Notes: a model not told the origin generated them from the letters alone. A stretch of DNA of 63,709 nt, filler included, from Reclinomonas americana ATCC 50394 (GCA_048213135.1; 6 parts of 4 records of this genome joined end to end with filler, not necessarily neighbours in it); one strand, 5' to 3'; positions 11,618 through 24,472 are shown, counted from the first letter of the whole stretch. A program made the numbers and translations.

Positions 11618-13143
11618 ATGTCTGACGCGCCACCACCACCACCAGGCGCCTCCGCGTCCTCCGCGATCCCCGCCAGTGCCTTTGCTCGCCCGGCACCTCG
11701 CGCCCGCGCAGTGCGAGAACACGAGGCACTGGCGCCACTGAGCAGCGAGGCCGAACGTGAGCATGCGTACCGCGTGCCTGCACGATGCATCCTCGCGGAG
11801 CGCGATATGGCCGCCTGGGAGCAATCGCCCGCCTATGCAGCCTTCACTGGCTTCCTCGTGTTGCTGAACGAGGCGGTGAAGAGCAAGCCGGCACTGAGTG
11901 AGGCTGTTGTCAATCGCGATCACTGGTCACAGGTACTATTCTTGTCGGTGCTCATTCACTGTGTGTGTGTGTCTCACACGTGCGCGTAAGCCTGTGGTGG
12001 CTGTGGTGCAGCAACTGGAGCGACTGAGTGCGCTGATCGATGAGATCCCTCCGTTGCAGCAGGCGTCGCGGTTCGGGAACAAGGCCTATCGCGAGTGGAA
12101 TGCGCGAGTGGTGGAGGTATGAGTGGTGCGTGTGTGTCTATCCTCTGCAAGCGAGCTCACTCGTCGATCAGGGTGCGGTAGACGCCATGAATGAGCTGCT
12201 GAAGGAGGCGTCGTTGGCGCAAAAGGAGGCGGCGGCTGTCGAGATTGCCGAGTACTGGAAGCTGTCGTTTGGCAACGAGGTGCGCATCGACTATGGTACA
12301 GGTCACGAGGCGTGCTTTGTGGCCTGGATGTGCTGCCTGTACCGGGTGGGCTTCTTTGGTGACACGTCACGCGACTTGTTGGTGTTTGTCGTCTTTCGAC
12401 GGTGCGTCACTCCGATCGCTGTTGTTGTGTCGCTCTGTGCATTTGAGTTGACGTCCCCACGCCGCCCCCCGGGTTCAGGTACTTGGAGCTGATGCGCAAG
12501 CTGCAGCGCACGTACATGCTGGAGCCGGCGGGTTCACACGGAGTGTGGGGTCTCGATGATTACCAGTTTTTGCCGTTCCTGTGGGGCTCGGCACAGCTGA
12601 TTGGTTTGTTTTTGCGTGCATGCTTTTTCTTCTCCCAGCGCTCACTGCCTGCTGCAGGCCACCAAGAAGTTCAGCCGGCATCCGTGCTGGACAAGCAGGT
12701 GGTGGACACCTTTGCGCCGGACTATTTGTATCTCGAATGCATTCAGTTTATCAACCAGGTGTGGCGATTTGTGGTGTGCACGCGCGCGCTTCCCACTATG
12801 CAAGCTCACACTTGTGTGTGCGTGCACAGGTCAAGACCGGACCATTTTTCGAGCACTCGCCCATGCTGTACGATATCTCCAACCTGCCACACTGGGCCAA
12901 AGTGAATTCAGGTACGCGTGTCTCCCTGCTGAGCCCCTGCAAGTACGACACTCACTCCACCGCCACCACTGTGCAGGCATGCTGAAAATGTACACGGCAG
13001 AGGTGTGTCGTCCCCGATTGCGCTGCGCCCTCGTCGATGCAATCCTGCTCACTCTTCCACCTCTGTGCGCGCAGGTGTTGCACAAGTACCCGGTAATGCA
13101 ACACATGCTGTTCGGGTCGCTGCTGCCGTTTCGTGGCACGTGA
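11618..13143 (+). CDS. PTPA: Serine/threonine-protein phosphatase 2A activator (PTPA/RRD1), 8 exons
   Basis: Motifs: RFGNKAYREW, SFGNEVRIDYGTGHE, YMLEPAGSHGVWGLDDYQFLPFLWGSAQL, KTGPFFEHSPMLYDIS, KVNSGMLKMY.AEVL.KYPVMQH. Seven GT-AG introns restore the frame. Confidence 0.97.
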
Positions 13144-13259
13144 GTATTAGCGTGAGTAGCCACAGAAAAAAAACACATCGACAATGTAATCGTGTAACAG
13201 GAGAGCCGAAAAAAACATGTTCATCTAGGGCAGCTATTGTTGTGGTTGTTGTTGTTTTC

Positions 13260-14386
13260 CTACGGGATCGGAATGCGCACCATGCGCTTCCATACCACGG
13301 GCATCTGTTGCGCCAGTGCATTGACGTCGTCGTAGAACGAACCTGGCACGTTGGGCGCCACCTGCATGCGTCTTGCACCGTGAGCGCATGTCGCACACAC
13401 ACTCTGCACTCACGAGCATCACCTGTGGAAACTCCTCGTATCGCTTCTCTCGCCGACTGAGCTCGCACAGCATGAATGGCGCGCCAAACTCGTGAAAGTA
13501 GCGTGCGTCGCACACGCGCAGCAGCACCTTGTCGACGCGCAAGTAATACCGGAAGAGAATGAAGAAGAACTCGGGCATGACTCGCTGTGAAGGCAGTGAG
13601 AGCTTGTTTTTCGCTCTGCCACCGAGACATACAACAACGCACCAGCTTGACTCCCGAGTGACACTCGCCAAAGTCGTTCAGCTCGTCGGTGAACAGGTTC
13701 ACGGCCGAGAAGAAGAGGAACGGATCGGGACGCGTCAGGCGCGCCACATCAAAGTCGTCGCCCGGCTCAGCGTCCACCGGCTGCACGGCAGACAACTGAG
13801 CCACACACAGCGGCACACATCCTCCCTCCTTGCGAGCTCACCTCTGCAGAACACGTGCCGCAGTACTCGGACGAGAAGGTCCAGTTGCGAAACTCGGCAC
13901 CGACCTCGCGAATGTCCACATCGACCATTTGCTGCTCCCGTGCACGACGCCACGACTCCGATCCCGACACTCGCACCGGTGGACCGGCGAACTCACCCCC
14001 CACGGCCACTGCTACTGCCTCCTGCGCCTCGCCTTCCACCTCTGGCACATGCTCAAAGCGCGCACACGCCGCCAAGTGCTCACGCGCCGCAAACTGCAAC
14101 GAGAACACCACATTGCCGGTCACTGGCGACACGCGCTCCAACAGCACGTGGCTGTTGCTGAAGAACATCTCCGGCACAGTCTTGATGCTCAGCTCCTCCT
14201 CCAGCCTGTCACATGCACAATGACAGCAATCAGCTGCTGCTGCTTGCTGAAGAAAGATATTCTCGCACACAACTCTTCCTTCTCTGCGCTCAGACTCATG
14301 CGCGACTGCTCGGCTTTGATGCGCCAGCCGCGGTACTCGCAGCTGCGACCCTCGTTGAGCACCACCAGATCGCCACTGCCCGCCAT
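13260..14386 (-). CDS. TIPRL: TIP41-like PP2A regulator (TIPRL), multi-exon
   Basis: Motifs: GWRIK, VPEMFFSNS, NWTFSSEYCGT, LTRPDPFLFFSAVNLFTDELNDFG, RVMP.FFFILFRYYLRVDKVLLRVCDARYFHEF. Confidence 0.95.
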
Positions 14387-14442
14387 CCTCACAGACTGAA
14401 ACACGCGAGCTCGAGCACACACACTTGTCCTTTTCTCATTCA

Positions 14443-15966
14443 ATGCCTCGCGCCAAAGCTCAGCGTCGACGTCGACTCCAGCTGGGCTTGCACTGGGCCA
14501 CCGAGAACCGGCGTCGCGACGCAGCTCATGAGATCACACAGTGCCTGGCGCAGCTTGCGGAGGGCGGGGACACAGACGAGCTGTCTCTGCAGCTGGCGCT
14601 GGATCCGAACGCAGGTGGACAAGTCGACGATGGCACGAGCAGTGAAGTGAGTGCTGCTGTGGCGACCACCGGCAGTGCCACTCCTCCCGCAACCCCGCTG
14701 CGGGACGGTGAAGGCGGGGAGGAGGCGGTGACGGGGGAAGTGCAGCAAATGACGGAGGAGCTGATGGTGTGGCACTCGTTGCGAGTGGCGGCGTGGGTGG
14801 CCGACGTGCATCTGGCGCGTTCTATCTGGGCGCGATTGCGTGTGACAATGCAGATGGCGGTGGTGGACGAGGATGCGTGGGCCGATGTGGTGATGTGGGT
14901 CACGTTTTACACGGCGGTGAGCTGTCGATTCGATGAGGCGCGCGGGGCGTGGCTGCAGCTGCTGGGCGACTTGTGTGTCAATGCACCGGCGCCCGGCAAT
15001 GGAGGTGCAGGCACGTCGCGTCGGTGGGCTTGCTTGCATGAGGCACTGTGTGTGGCCTGTCTGTTGGACTCGTCGCCGGCGGTGACCGTGGTGCTTCCGC
15101 TGCACGACCCGTCGACGAATGACAATGCTGCGCTGTTGAAGGCGGCGTGGCGTGGCAGTGTCAGCTGCGTGGCGGTGCTGCTGCAGGATGCACGGTGTGA
15201 GGTGGCGGTCGATCGAGCCTTCTCGCTGGCCCTCACGCGCGGTCACGCCCTGCTGGTGTCGTACTTGGCCGATCGTGTGCCTGTACGAGTGCTCAAGGCA
15301 CCGGCCATCCTGTGGCTCAGCCGGAGCGCCACCGACTTGGCCATGGTGCGTGTGCTGGTGACGCACCCGGCGCTGCAGCCGCTGATCGTGCCCGACGGTC
15401 GCTGCCCCGTCAATCTCGTCTGCCGCAACATCACCCTCGGCAGCCTCTGCAGCGCCCAGCTTCTCATGCTCTGCGTGCCACTGGCCACGGCCGTGTTCCC
15501 GAGTCCACCGGCCACCGTCGATTCGCACGTGTCGTCGCTGGTTGGTCTCTCTTATGCTTCCCATTTGTGCGTTTTTGCCGTCGCTCACCGCCCGACACAG
15601 GTGGTCGAGTGGTCCGCGCAGTGCGCCCAGGCGCTGCAGCCTGGCTTTGATGTGGCCGGCGGTCGACTTGCCACGCCCTGGCGATGCGACGAGTGGGGCG
15701 GTTCGCAGCCACTTCTGCAGCTGCTGGACCGCGTTCTCGATCACCGTCGGCACTTTGCGCAGGTTTGTGCGGCCACCGGCGCCGCCAGCCCAACGTTACT
15801 CGAACGTATGCTGACGCCTCCGCACGGCGTCTTGTCGGCACTGGCCAATCACGTGATGCATCGCGCGCGTCTTTTCTCCATCTACGCGAGGATGCTTCCG
15901 ATGCACCACGGGGTGGCGCTGTTGCCGGACGAGCTGTGGTGCCTCGTGCTGTCGTGGATCACATGA
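14443..15966 (+). CDS. Intronless ankyrin-repeat protein with a C-terminal F-box-like motif
   Basis: Uninterrupted ~507-codon ORF. DPSTNDNAALLKAAWRGSVSCVAVLLQDARC...AFSLALTRGHALLVSYL is ankyrin-like. The protein ends LLPDELWCLVLSWIT*. Confidence 0.6.
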   Translation: MPRAKAQRRRRLQLGLHWATENRRRDAAHEITQCLAQLAEGGDTDELSLQLALDPNAGGQVDDGTSSEVSAAVATTGSATPPATPLRDGEGGEEAVTGEVQQMTEELMVWHSLRVAAWVADVHLARSIWARLRVTMQMAVVDEDAWADVVMWVTFYTAVSCRFDEARGAWLQLLGDLCVNAPAPGNGGAGTSRRWACLHEALCVACLLDSSPAVTVVLPLHDPSTNDNAALLKAAWRGSVSCVAVLLQDARCEVAVDRAFSLALTRGHALLVSYLADRVPVRVLKAPAILWLSRSATDLAMVRVLVTHPALQPLIVPDGRCPVNLVCRNITLGSLCSAQLLMLCVPLATAVFPSPPATVDSHVSSLVGLSYASHLCVFAVAHRPTQVVEWSAQCAQALQPGFDVAGGRLATPWRCDEWGGSQPLLQLLDRVLDHRRHFAQVCAATGAASPTLLERMLTPPHGVLSALANHVMHRARLFSIYARMLPMHHGVALLPDELWCLVLSWIT

Positions 15967-16031
15967 GCATGAAAACCGTTACACGCGTGCCAATCTTATC
16001 ATTTGTCGAGAGAAGGAGAGAGGATTCGATC

Positions 16032-18860
16032 ATGGACAAGGAGAACATTGGGCAAGGCGGCGGCGGTGGTGGCAGTGCAGTCCACCGACGCGACTCACTC
16101 GCGGCTGTCATCGACGCCATCAATAATGGCGACAACGAGGCGCCAGTGCTCTTGCACAAGCCGGCACCACCCATGTCGAATGCGGCGGCACCTGCTGCCG
16201 CGTTGCCGTCGGAGAAGCAGCTGCATAAGTCGCCGATGAAGGGCGCGCCGGCGGCTCCCGCCAGTGCACAGTCGCGCAGAGAGGAACTTGAACTGTGGAA
16301 GCAGTTGCGTCTTGTCATGAGTGGCACTTCAGCGCCTTTTTCCTCCGCGCTCATCATCGTCATCTTCTTCTTCTCTTTGCCCGTGGGAGTAGGAGACGAC
16401 TGGCCAAGGCAGCGGCCTCTACGAAACCAATGGGCGCAGCCACGAGCACCGCCGTCATGTACAAGTTGCGTGGGGAGGGTGTTTCCTCTTTCCGAGATCA
16501 TGCGTCGCGGAAAATGATCGCTTACCAACTGCGTTGGCGCAACAGCCCCGATCGCCTGAAGAAGGAGTTGCGTGCGACCATTCGTCACATTGGCAAGGTG
16601 AGCTGGGAGAGCAGGTGGCGCGCTAGTTTGTTGTTGGCTGACGGAGCACCGGGCACACACACAGTTCAGGGACGTGTTCCACATGCGTCGCGAGTTCGAC
16701 AAGCTGCTGCTGCGCAACAAGTTCTACGAGCGCCTGCCCGACTACTGGATCCTGTTGGCGCAGTTTGAGCAGGGCTTTGGAGAGGTGGATCGGGCCAACC
16801 AGCTGTTGGTGGCCGCCACGGCACGCAAGGACGTGCAACCAAAGGGTGCCATCTGGGAGGCCCGTCGCCTGCTGCGCAACGCGGCCGAGAGCAAGGCCAG
16901 TGGCAGCACCGATCCGGCCCTGGTGGAACGTCTGTGCCAGTTGGTGTCTGAGCTGCCGCCACCGCCCGCGGCCGTGATGACACCCGGCAAGGTCGCTCCA
17001 GCGACGACGACGACGACGACCGCCACCGATGCTGATTCTACATTGGCCGATGTGACGGCCGCCATAATGGCCGCAGTGAATGTGCCAAACGACGCTGGCA
17101 GCTTGGCCGTGGAGGGCGCGCTGGAGGCCGTTGCCAGGATCGAGAAGACGCCGAGCAAGGTTCGTCGAACCTTGCTGCTTTTACAGATCCTGTTCATGCT
17201 CAATCGCGCTCACGCGTTCCCCCAAAAGCAGATGCTTGGCAAGCCTGGTCGCTTGTCTCTGGGCACGCCGTCGCGCATGTTTGCGACTCCTGGACGCGCC
17301 AGTCGAGTACGCATTCAGGAGGACGAGGTGGAAGTGGAGGCGCCCAAGCAGCCGCAGTTTGACGCACCGCCAGCTCCAGCTGTGGAGCAGGAGGAGGCGC
17401 CACGTGGTGTGCACTTTGCCGACGATGAGATGGCGCAGCAGCTGGAGGAATGGATGAATTCGCTGATGGCCAAGAAGGCGGGCGAGTTGGAGGCGTCGAC
17501 ACCGCAGTCAGCTTCCGCGGATGCCACTGCGACCACCACCACGACCACCACCACGACCACCACCACAATCATTACAGAGGACGAAGACGCGAGCATCACA
17601 TGCACGACGCCATCGGCCGCCAAGGTGCGATTCGCAGAACTTGGACCGGCTGACCGCATTCCCACGGGCAAGACACCGTTGCGTGCAGCCCAGCTTCAGT
17701 GATAGTGGCGACTTGTACATGGTCTCGCTCACCACCACCTTGCTTCGATCGACGCAGAAAGAAGACACCGATTGGCAAGCGCGAGCTCGCGGCGCTGGAT
17801 GGGGAGGTGGGCGAGGGCGTGAGCTCATTCGAGACGGAGCTTGTACCGACGCGCGGCACGGCAAAGCTGCGAGCGGAGCACGAGGTGCCGTTCTTCTTGT
17901 CACCGGTCCGTCGCAGTGCGCGCAAGAAGCGCTCGGCCGACAAGGTGTGTGTATCACAAACAATCAAGTGCATTCTTCCCGCTGACACGCACTCAATAAG
18001 TCATTGTGGCAGCCGGCCACGGAGGAGTCACTTGCCGACAAGCTGCAGGTCACCGACTTTGCGTATGCGCCGAATCCGAGCCTCGCCGTGGCGACCGCCG
18101 TGGCGCCTGTTCCGACCGCTGAGCCGGAGACCGCCGAAGAACCAGCGGCAGTAGAGGAGCAGCCAGTCGTTGTGGAGGAGACCGCAACGGAGGAGACGAC
18201 AGCCACCGTGACGACGACACCAGCTGGCCGACCGAGCCGTCGCCGTCGCACAGCCGATCGCGCACTGGCAGAGGAGGGAGCTGGCGCTGGTGGGTACTCG
18301 TCGGCCACACTGCCGACACCGCAGTCGTCGTCTCGCCGACGCTCCACGCGCCACTGCCGCACGGTGGAGCTCGACATGGACACCATGGCGGAGCTGCAAG
18401 CTCGCATGGAGGAAGAAAAGGAGCAGGTGCCGCCAGTGACGGAAGGCGTGGAAGAGCCGCCGACTCCCCAGTCGGCGTCTGGCACACGACGCAGTCGCCG
18501 CAGTGCCGTCAACCGTGAGTTGGCCAGCTTGCAAGGTGCTGAGACGATGCAAACATCGGTGACCGTGTTGGTGCCGCGAGCGCGTGTCGACACGGCCATG
18601 GAGGCCGCCACCGGTGCTGCCGTGCAGTTTACGCCAGTCCGCAGGTGAGCAGCTCGCATCACTTTGCAAAGACAACAGCTACAGTATGCTAAGCGCCGCC
18701 CTCGTGCATGCGCAGGTCCACTCGCAAGAAGCAGCCGACTGGCGGCAGCACGCCCGGCGCCGCCGAGCCATCGGGAATGGTGATTTCACTGCCCAACGCC
18801 GACGGCACGTCGGATTCGATCCTCCTGCGCCCCGAGGACACCAAACGGCTGAAGTTCTGA
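16032..18860 (+). CDS. CKAP2-like microtubule/spindle-associated protein, multi-exon
   Basis: N-terminal KEN box (MDKEN), REELELWKQ, a helical domain DYWILLAQFEQ...A...VQP, FLSPVRRSAR and FAYAPNPSL motifs as in the CKAP2 C-terminal region, and many S/T-P sites. Confidence 0.6.
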
Positions 18861-19094
18861 GAGGGCACGCGCCACCCTGTCCACAATTGTTTAGTGTTGT
18901 TGTCCACGTCTGCCACCGCCTCCTCCGCCGCCACGTGCGTGCGGGGAGAGTGCGTGTGTGTCCATGTTCCACCACCACCACCATACCCACAATCGTCAAT
19001 CGTACACACGCGCACACACACGCAAACAGAAGGAGAGAAAATGAAGCGAGAGAAGAATCTGTTGTTTGTCGTCGTCATCCATCTGTGTTTATGG

Positions 19095-21418
19095 TCACAG
19101 CTTGTTGAACGTGTTAATGTCTCCAATCAGATGCACGGGCCGGCCGTCGCACACCGTACTCAGGCTGCGCTCCACCAGACCCTGCAAGAACTTGAGCCGC
19201 GCAAGCAGAGTCGTGTACCGTTCACGTTCCGCCACCGCTTGCTCCTCCAGGCGCGCTCGCCGCTCCACCTCTCCCGCCGACTGCTTTCCCATGCGCACCG
19301 ACGAGCGTTGCAGTTGCTGCACCGTGGTGGCGACGCGCTCACGGAATCGCTTGGAGGAGGCAATCTGGAGCAGCTCCGTCAACTGCGGCTGCGTGAAGCT
19401 GCTGAGGACGCGCTGTACCGCGGCGAGATATCGTCGCACGTCACTGACATCCACGCTACGAATCTGTACACCCATCAGCGTGCTGTCTTTGGAGGGGAAG
19501 GGGGCGAGCGATTGTCCTCACCTCGAGTGGCACCGAGTACGACTGGAACTCGCTCACACGATTCAGTTCGTACTCCAACTCGATAATGCGCTGACGCAAG
19601 AAGGCTTCGAGTTCGTACAGGTCGTCGAGAAACAAGTTGCGGTTCTCGGTGTCCTCCAAGAATGTGACGGGTACCGCAGGTGCGGCAGCCGAGGCGGCGG
19701 CCGGTGTGTTGCCGCCACCGAGATCCATCAGCTCACCCCAGTCGATACCACTCGCGGTTCCAGCACCACTGCCGCTTCCGCTACCCCCGTCCTCCACCAC
19801 CATCAGCACGTCGCCGGCATCGCCACCGGCGCCCTCGTCCTCCACCGACAGACCGAAATCGCCCCAGTCGATCTCGGCGGCAGCGGCGCTTGCCGAACCC
19901 GCAGCACCCGAAGAGGATGAAGCACCGACCTTGGCCGGAGAGGGAGGGTGAGTAAGAAAGCGCAGGAGACAAGTGATTGTGGACGACACAGAAATTACCT
20001 GTGCCGCTTGTTGCGACTGAGTGGACACGACACGATTGCCGGTCTTGTGCACACTGAGTAGCACTGGCAGGAACGCGTCCAAGTCCATCTCCTCAAAGGG
20101 ACGCTGGCCGACGTACGCCGTCACCTGGGCGCACAGACAGCGCGATGAGAGCATGCACTAAAAGAGCAGGAGGGGACAACGACAAGACACACACCCTGGC
20201 GTAGTACACGCGAGCCTGCTCAATCAGCTTGTCACGCGCCAACTCGGCGGCCGCATTGAGCATGTCGGGCACGCACTTGGCGCGCTCCAGCAGGGCGCCG
20301 GGGATGTCCGTGCAGTTTGGCTGGCCGAAGGGGGGAAGAGTGAGGAGAAGGAGGAGGAGGAGTAAAAGGGAAATGAAAACAAGAGGATGAACGAGGGAAT
20401 AAGCAAGTGAGAGAGGGAAAGGAGAAGCAAGCGACACAGAAAAAAAGGGGAGATGGAAGAGACAGAAAAAGTGAGATAAAGGGGCGAGAGAAAGAGGCGA
20501 GAGAGTCGAATGAGAGGAAGGGAGAAGTGTGCAAAATTACAGAGGAAGGAAGCAGGATTCAACGAGAGAGAGAGAGAGAGCGCGCGCGAGAGAGGAGATT
20601 ACTGAGGAAGGACAACTGGGAAGCCAGTGACAAAGGGAGAAAGAGGGGGAAGAGAAGAGAGAGCGAGAGAAGAGTGCCAACAATGAGATGGCACGCAATG
20701 ACAAGACTGACGCCTCACCGGGACGCTGTACTGCGCGCACGTATCACGGAAGCGCGCGGCGTATTCGTTGGAGGCACGCGCGTACTCCTGCTGTTTCCTG
20801 TGTGTATCGGCGGCACCACCCTCCGCTCGCTTGATGTTCTTCTTGGCGGCCGGTAGCTCAAAGAACACGATACCGTGCAAGTGCTGTGCCACCTCGGCGA
20901 GAAACACGTGCTGGTCCTCGAAGCGCGACACAATGTCCTGCATGCGATTGACACGCTCCGACGAGTACCGACCAAACACGCTCTTGGTGGCGGCATCGGC
21001 CACCTTGAGTGCCTCCAGAATCTGCACCGCGTCGTAGTACGACGGATCTGCACGGGAGGTCAGTCCGTGATACACGAGTGACAGGGCGGAAGAGGAGCAC
21101 GGAACCGTAGTCCTCGCGTCGAATGCCTTCAGGGATGATAGTGTCGGCGTCGGCGTCGCTGCGCAGGGCCTTGATCTGGGGATGAAGGAGAGAGAAGGCG
21201 AGGGAGAGGGAGAAAAGGGAGGGAGGGGAGACGGTGAGGGGAGACGGTGAGGGGAGACGGAGAGGGGAGACGGTGAGGGGAGAAGGTNNNNNNNNNNNNN
21301 NNNNNNNNNNNNNNNNNNNNNNNNNNNNNNNNNNNNNNNNNNNNNNNNNNNNNNNNNNNNNNNNNNNNNNNNNNNNNNNNNNNNNNNNNNNNNNNNNNNN
21401 NNNNNNNNNNNNNNNNNN

Positions 21419-21489
<71 letters not shown>

Positions 21490-21780
21490 GTCTCCTCTCC
21501 CTCCCTCCATTCATCTCTCTTATCCTTCCCCCTTCATCTCTCTCACTCACCGCTTGGCCCAAGTCACTGTGGATCTTCTCCACACGCCCACGCCAGTCAC
21601 GAGCAACCTTGCGACGATCCTCCAACCAGACTGTGACACACACACACACATGCAAGACAAGAATGTCATCACTTCTGCACACACACACACACTCTCTTCT
21701 CCACGTCGCCCGCAACATTGGAACTTGTCAATGTGAATGTCAATGGGCACAGAGGCCAGAGAGCCCGACGCAGACGCCAT
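19095..21780 (-). CDS. CDK5RAP3: CDK5 regulatory subunit-associated protein 3 (C53/DUF773; UFMylation/ER-phagy adaptor), multi-exon
   Basis: Motifs: PIDIHIDKF..WL.DRRKV..DW, YYDA.QILE.L.....KSVFGRYSS.R, two IDWG motifs, LEDTENRNLFLDDLYELEAFLRQR, and a C-terminal VHLIGDINT. Confidence 0.95.
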
Positions 21781-22227
21781 GTGAGACGAGGGAAAACGCG
21801 CGGGATGACACACAGGACGAAGGGGCAATGTTTCATTTTTTCTCCCTTCTCGTCGCACCCTTATCGCGACGCACACAGGCAACAACAACACAAAGAAATT
21901 AAGAACAGATGTTTTTCCTTTTTTTTTAAAAAAAAGTCTCCTTGAGAGAGAGGTTTGGGAAGGGGGAAGGAGCNNNNNNNNNNNNNNNNNNNNNNNNNNN
22001 NNNNNNNNNNNNNNNNNNNNNNNNNNNNNNNNNNNNNNNNNNNNNNNNNNNNNNNNNNNNNNNNNNNNNNNNNNNNNNNNNNNNNNNNNNNNNNNNNNNN
22101 NNNNNNNNNNNNNNNNNNNNNNNNNNNNNNNNNNNNNNNNNNNNNNNNNNNNNNNNNNNNNNNNNNNNNNNNNNNNNNNNNNNNNNNNNNNNACAATTTG
22201 TGTGTCTCCTCCAGTCGCTCCCCCTTT

Positions 22228-24082
22228 TTAGTGGTGGTGGTGGTGCTCGGGAGCCGGGGCCGGGGCCACGTACTCGGTCGCGGCACCGTTGCTGCGCCAC
22301 GCGAACATGAACCACCACGAGTGGGTGCCGGACCAGGCGCACGAGTTGTCGTACTCGATGATGCTCTGCGATGGGAGTGAGCGACAAAGACAAAGGAAAG
22401 AGTATCGCTTATTTCCCCCATTCGTTCGCAGCGCACCTTCAGCGAGCTGCCGGCCTTGATCGGCTTCTCGGTGAGGCACGGCGGGGTGCTCTTGTGGTAG
22501 CCCTCCGTCCACTTGTCTGTAATACGGAATGAGCACCAGCAGCAGCAGCAGTTGTCCTTGGAAGGCAAGCGACGACGCAACTAGCAGTGCAGGCAGTCAT
22601 GCAGTCGTGGAAGCACACGGCGTCGGCAGAGTAGATCGGGCTGGTGGAGCAGAAGACCTGACGACATGGAACAAGAATGATGAGCAATCCACAGCAAGGT
22701 CGTCGCAGCGGCCACAAGCAAGGCATGCGAACCTGATCGGTCGACGGGTCAACCAGCTGCATGCGGCGGCCGCCCTGATGCATGTGAGCTGTGTGCGCCA
22801 CGAGTCACGCGTGAGATAAATCCCGAAACTTCGGTCAACGCGGAAAATCCTCCACACACACACACAAACCATTCAGGTACACAACCATGCCATCAAAGCC
22901 AAACTGGTTGTTCTCGAGCACAGTGGTCTGGATGGAGCCAGGGCCACCGTTGCCGGGGATGTTGGCGCCATCTGTTCGCGTGGCGTCGGCACATGGGACA
23001 CATACAGACAAGAAGAAACACGCCACGGTACGCAACTGGAGAAGATGACCGACTCCACGGGGCGAGTGTCGGGGTGGATGTCCTCCGTGTACTCGACGTT
23101 GTACTGCAGGTAGAAGTTCGCCGGCTGCATGATGACAATGACATACGTGGCCGACCGTGAGCACGGAACAACTCCTGATCATCTCGTGACACACACACAA
23201 TGCCACGCGCCTTGATCTTGGACATGTTGACAAACATGATGCTGCCAGAGACCTCGTGGTGCGCATCCAGAATCAGGCGGTAGGGGAAGTTGAGTCCCTC
23301 AGGGCCCCCTGAATTCATCAAATGAGCACACATAGACAGACACAATGAATGCATTTGTGTGACTTGTGTGACGCAACAGCTGTCGCGCTCGTTGGAGGTG
23401 CCAGTGATGAACTGACCAGCGTTGTTGTAGAAGCTGTGTTGTGTGCGTGTCAGAGAGCAGTTGGCATCGAACGCGCATCAAAAAGATGCACTCAGATGCG
23501 TGCTCGTGTGTGTGCGTGTGTGTGAGATTGAGACGCAACAATGAGTGGTGCAAGTAGACCTCTGGGCGAGGCACTGAGAGGCCAGTCTCCACATCAATCA
23601 TGTCCCACGCACCCCACGTGCGAATGGCAATGCGCTTGCCAACGGCTGGGCGACTGCAGAGAAGAGAAGAGAATGATAGAGAGAAGAGTGTGAGCGATGG
23701 ACGCTATGTGTGTGTGAGAGTGTGAGGGGAAGAGAGCACAGGTGAGCGCAACGTGAGTGGCGTGCTCGGGGAAGTGGACCCGCCGGCGTTGATGGCGAAC
23801 GGGCCGACGCGGAACGTCTGTGCGCGCAAACACACACATACACATACAAGAGTGAGTCAATGCCACACGAGAGCACATGCGCGCGCGTGTGTGTGTGAGA
23901 AGGGAAGACGACACGAGAGAGCACGCGAGAGTTGATGAAACACGAGGCCATTTCGGTTGACACACACACACGCGCACGCCACGACGGCGACTGACCTCTG
24001 TCTTGAGCACTTCGGTGGCGGCATGTGCGCAGCTCACGCACACAAGTGCGAAGAGCGCGAGGGCGATGATCGCGCGGCGCAT
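22228..24082 (-). CDS. Secreted SURNod19-like / PHM-type copper monooxygenase-fold protein, multi-exon
   Basis: Signal peptide MRRAIIALALFALVCVSCAHA, then VPRPEVYLHH, GTSNER, FYLQYNVEY, AHMHQGG, FCSTSPIY, CLTEKPIKAGSSLK..EYDN. The protein ends in EHHHH. Confidence 0.65.
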
Positions 24083-24472
24083 GATTTTAAATGGTGTGTT
24101 GGGTGTTCGGTCGATTCAATTGGATCGGCGGCGGCGGTTTCCGTACGCTGTTTCCGTTTTCGTGGGGTTTTTTTCCGATGAGTCTGAACTTTTCCCTTTT
24201 CAGATATAACGGGAAAGTGGCCACGTGCCGACCAGCAGCTCTGAAGGTGAATCCGAACGTGCACGTGCATGCGCACGTGCGCAATCTTCTTCCGGGTCTC
24301 TTTCTTGAGCCGCACGCTGCGATCATGCCCCCTGAAATGGACTTCTCCTCGACCCGCCGTAGCGGGGGGAAGCACTATCGATCGCTTCTCGCCACTTCAA
24401 CCAGAGTGGGCCGTTTCGACTTCTTCTCACTGTTTTCGAGACGGTGATCATCTCGCAGCTGTCGTGCTTGCT

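Noticed and set aside
14440-15753. 437-aa antisense ORF (and similar shadows opposite the channel, CDK5RAP3, GET2 and NDC1)
   Set aside because: Shadow ORFs are expected from high GC3 content. They carry no recognisable motifs, and the opposite strand explains the region.
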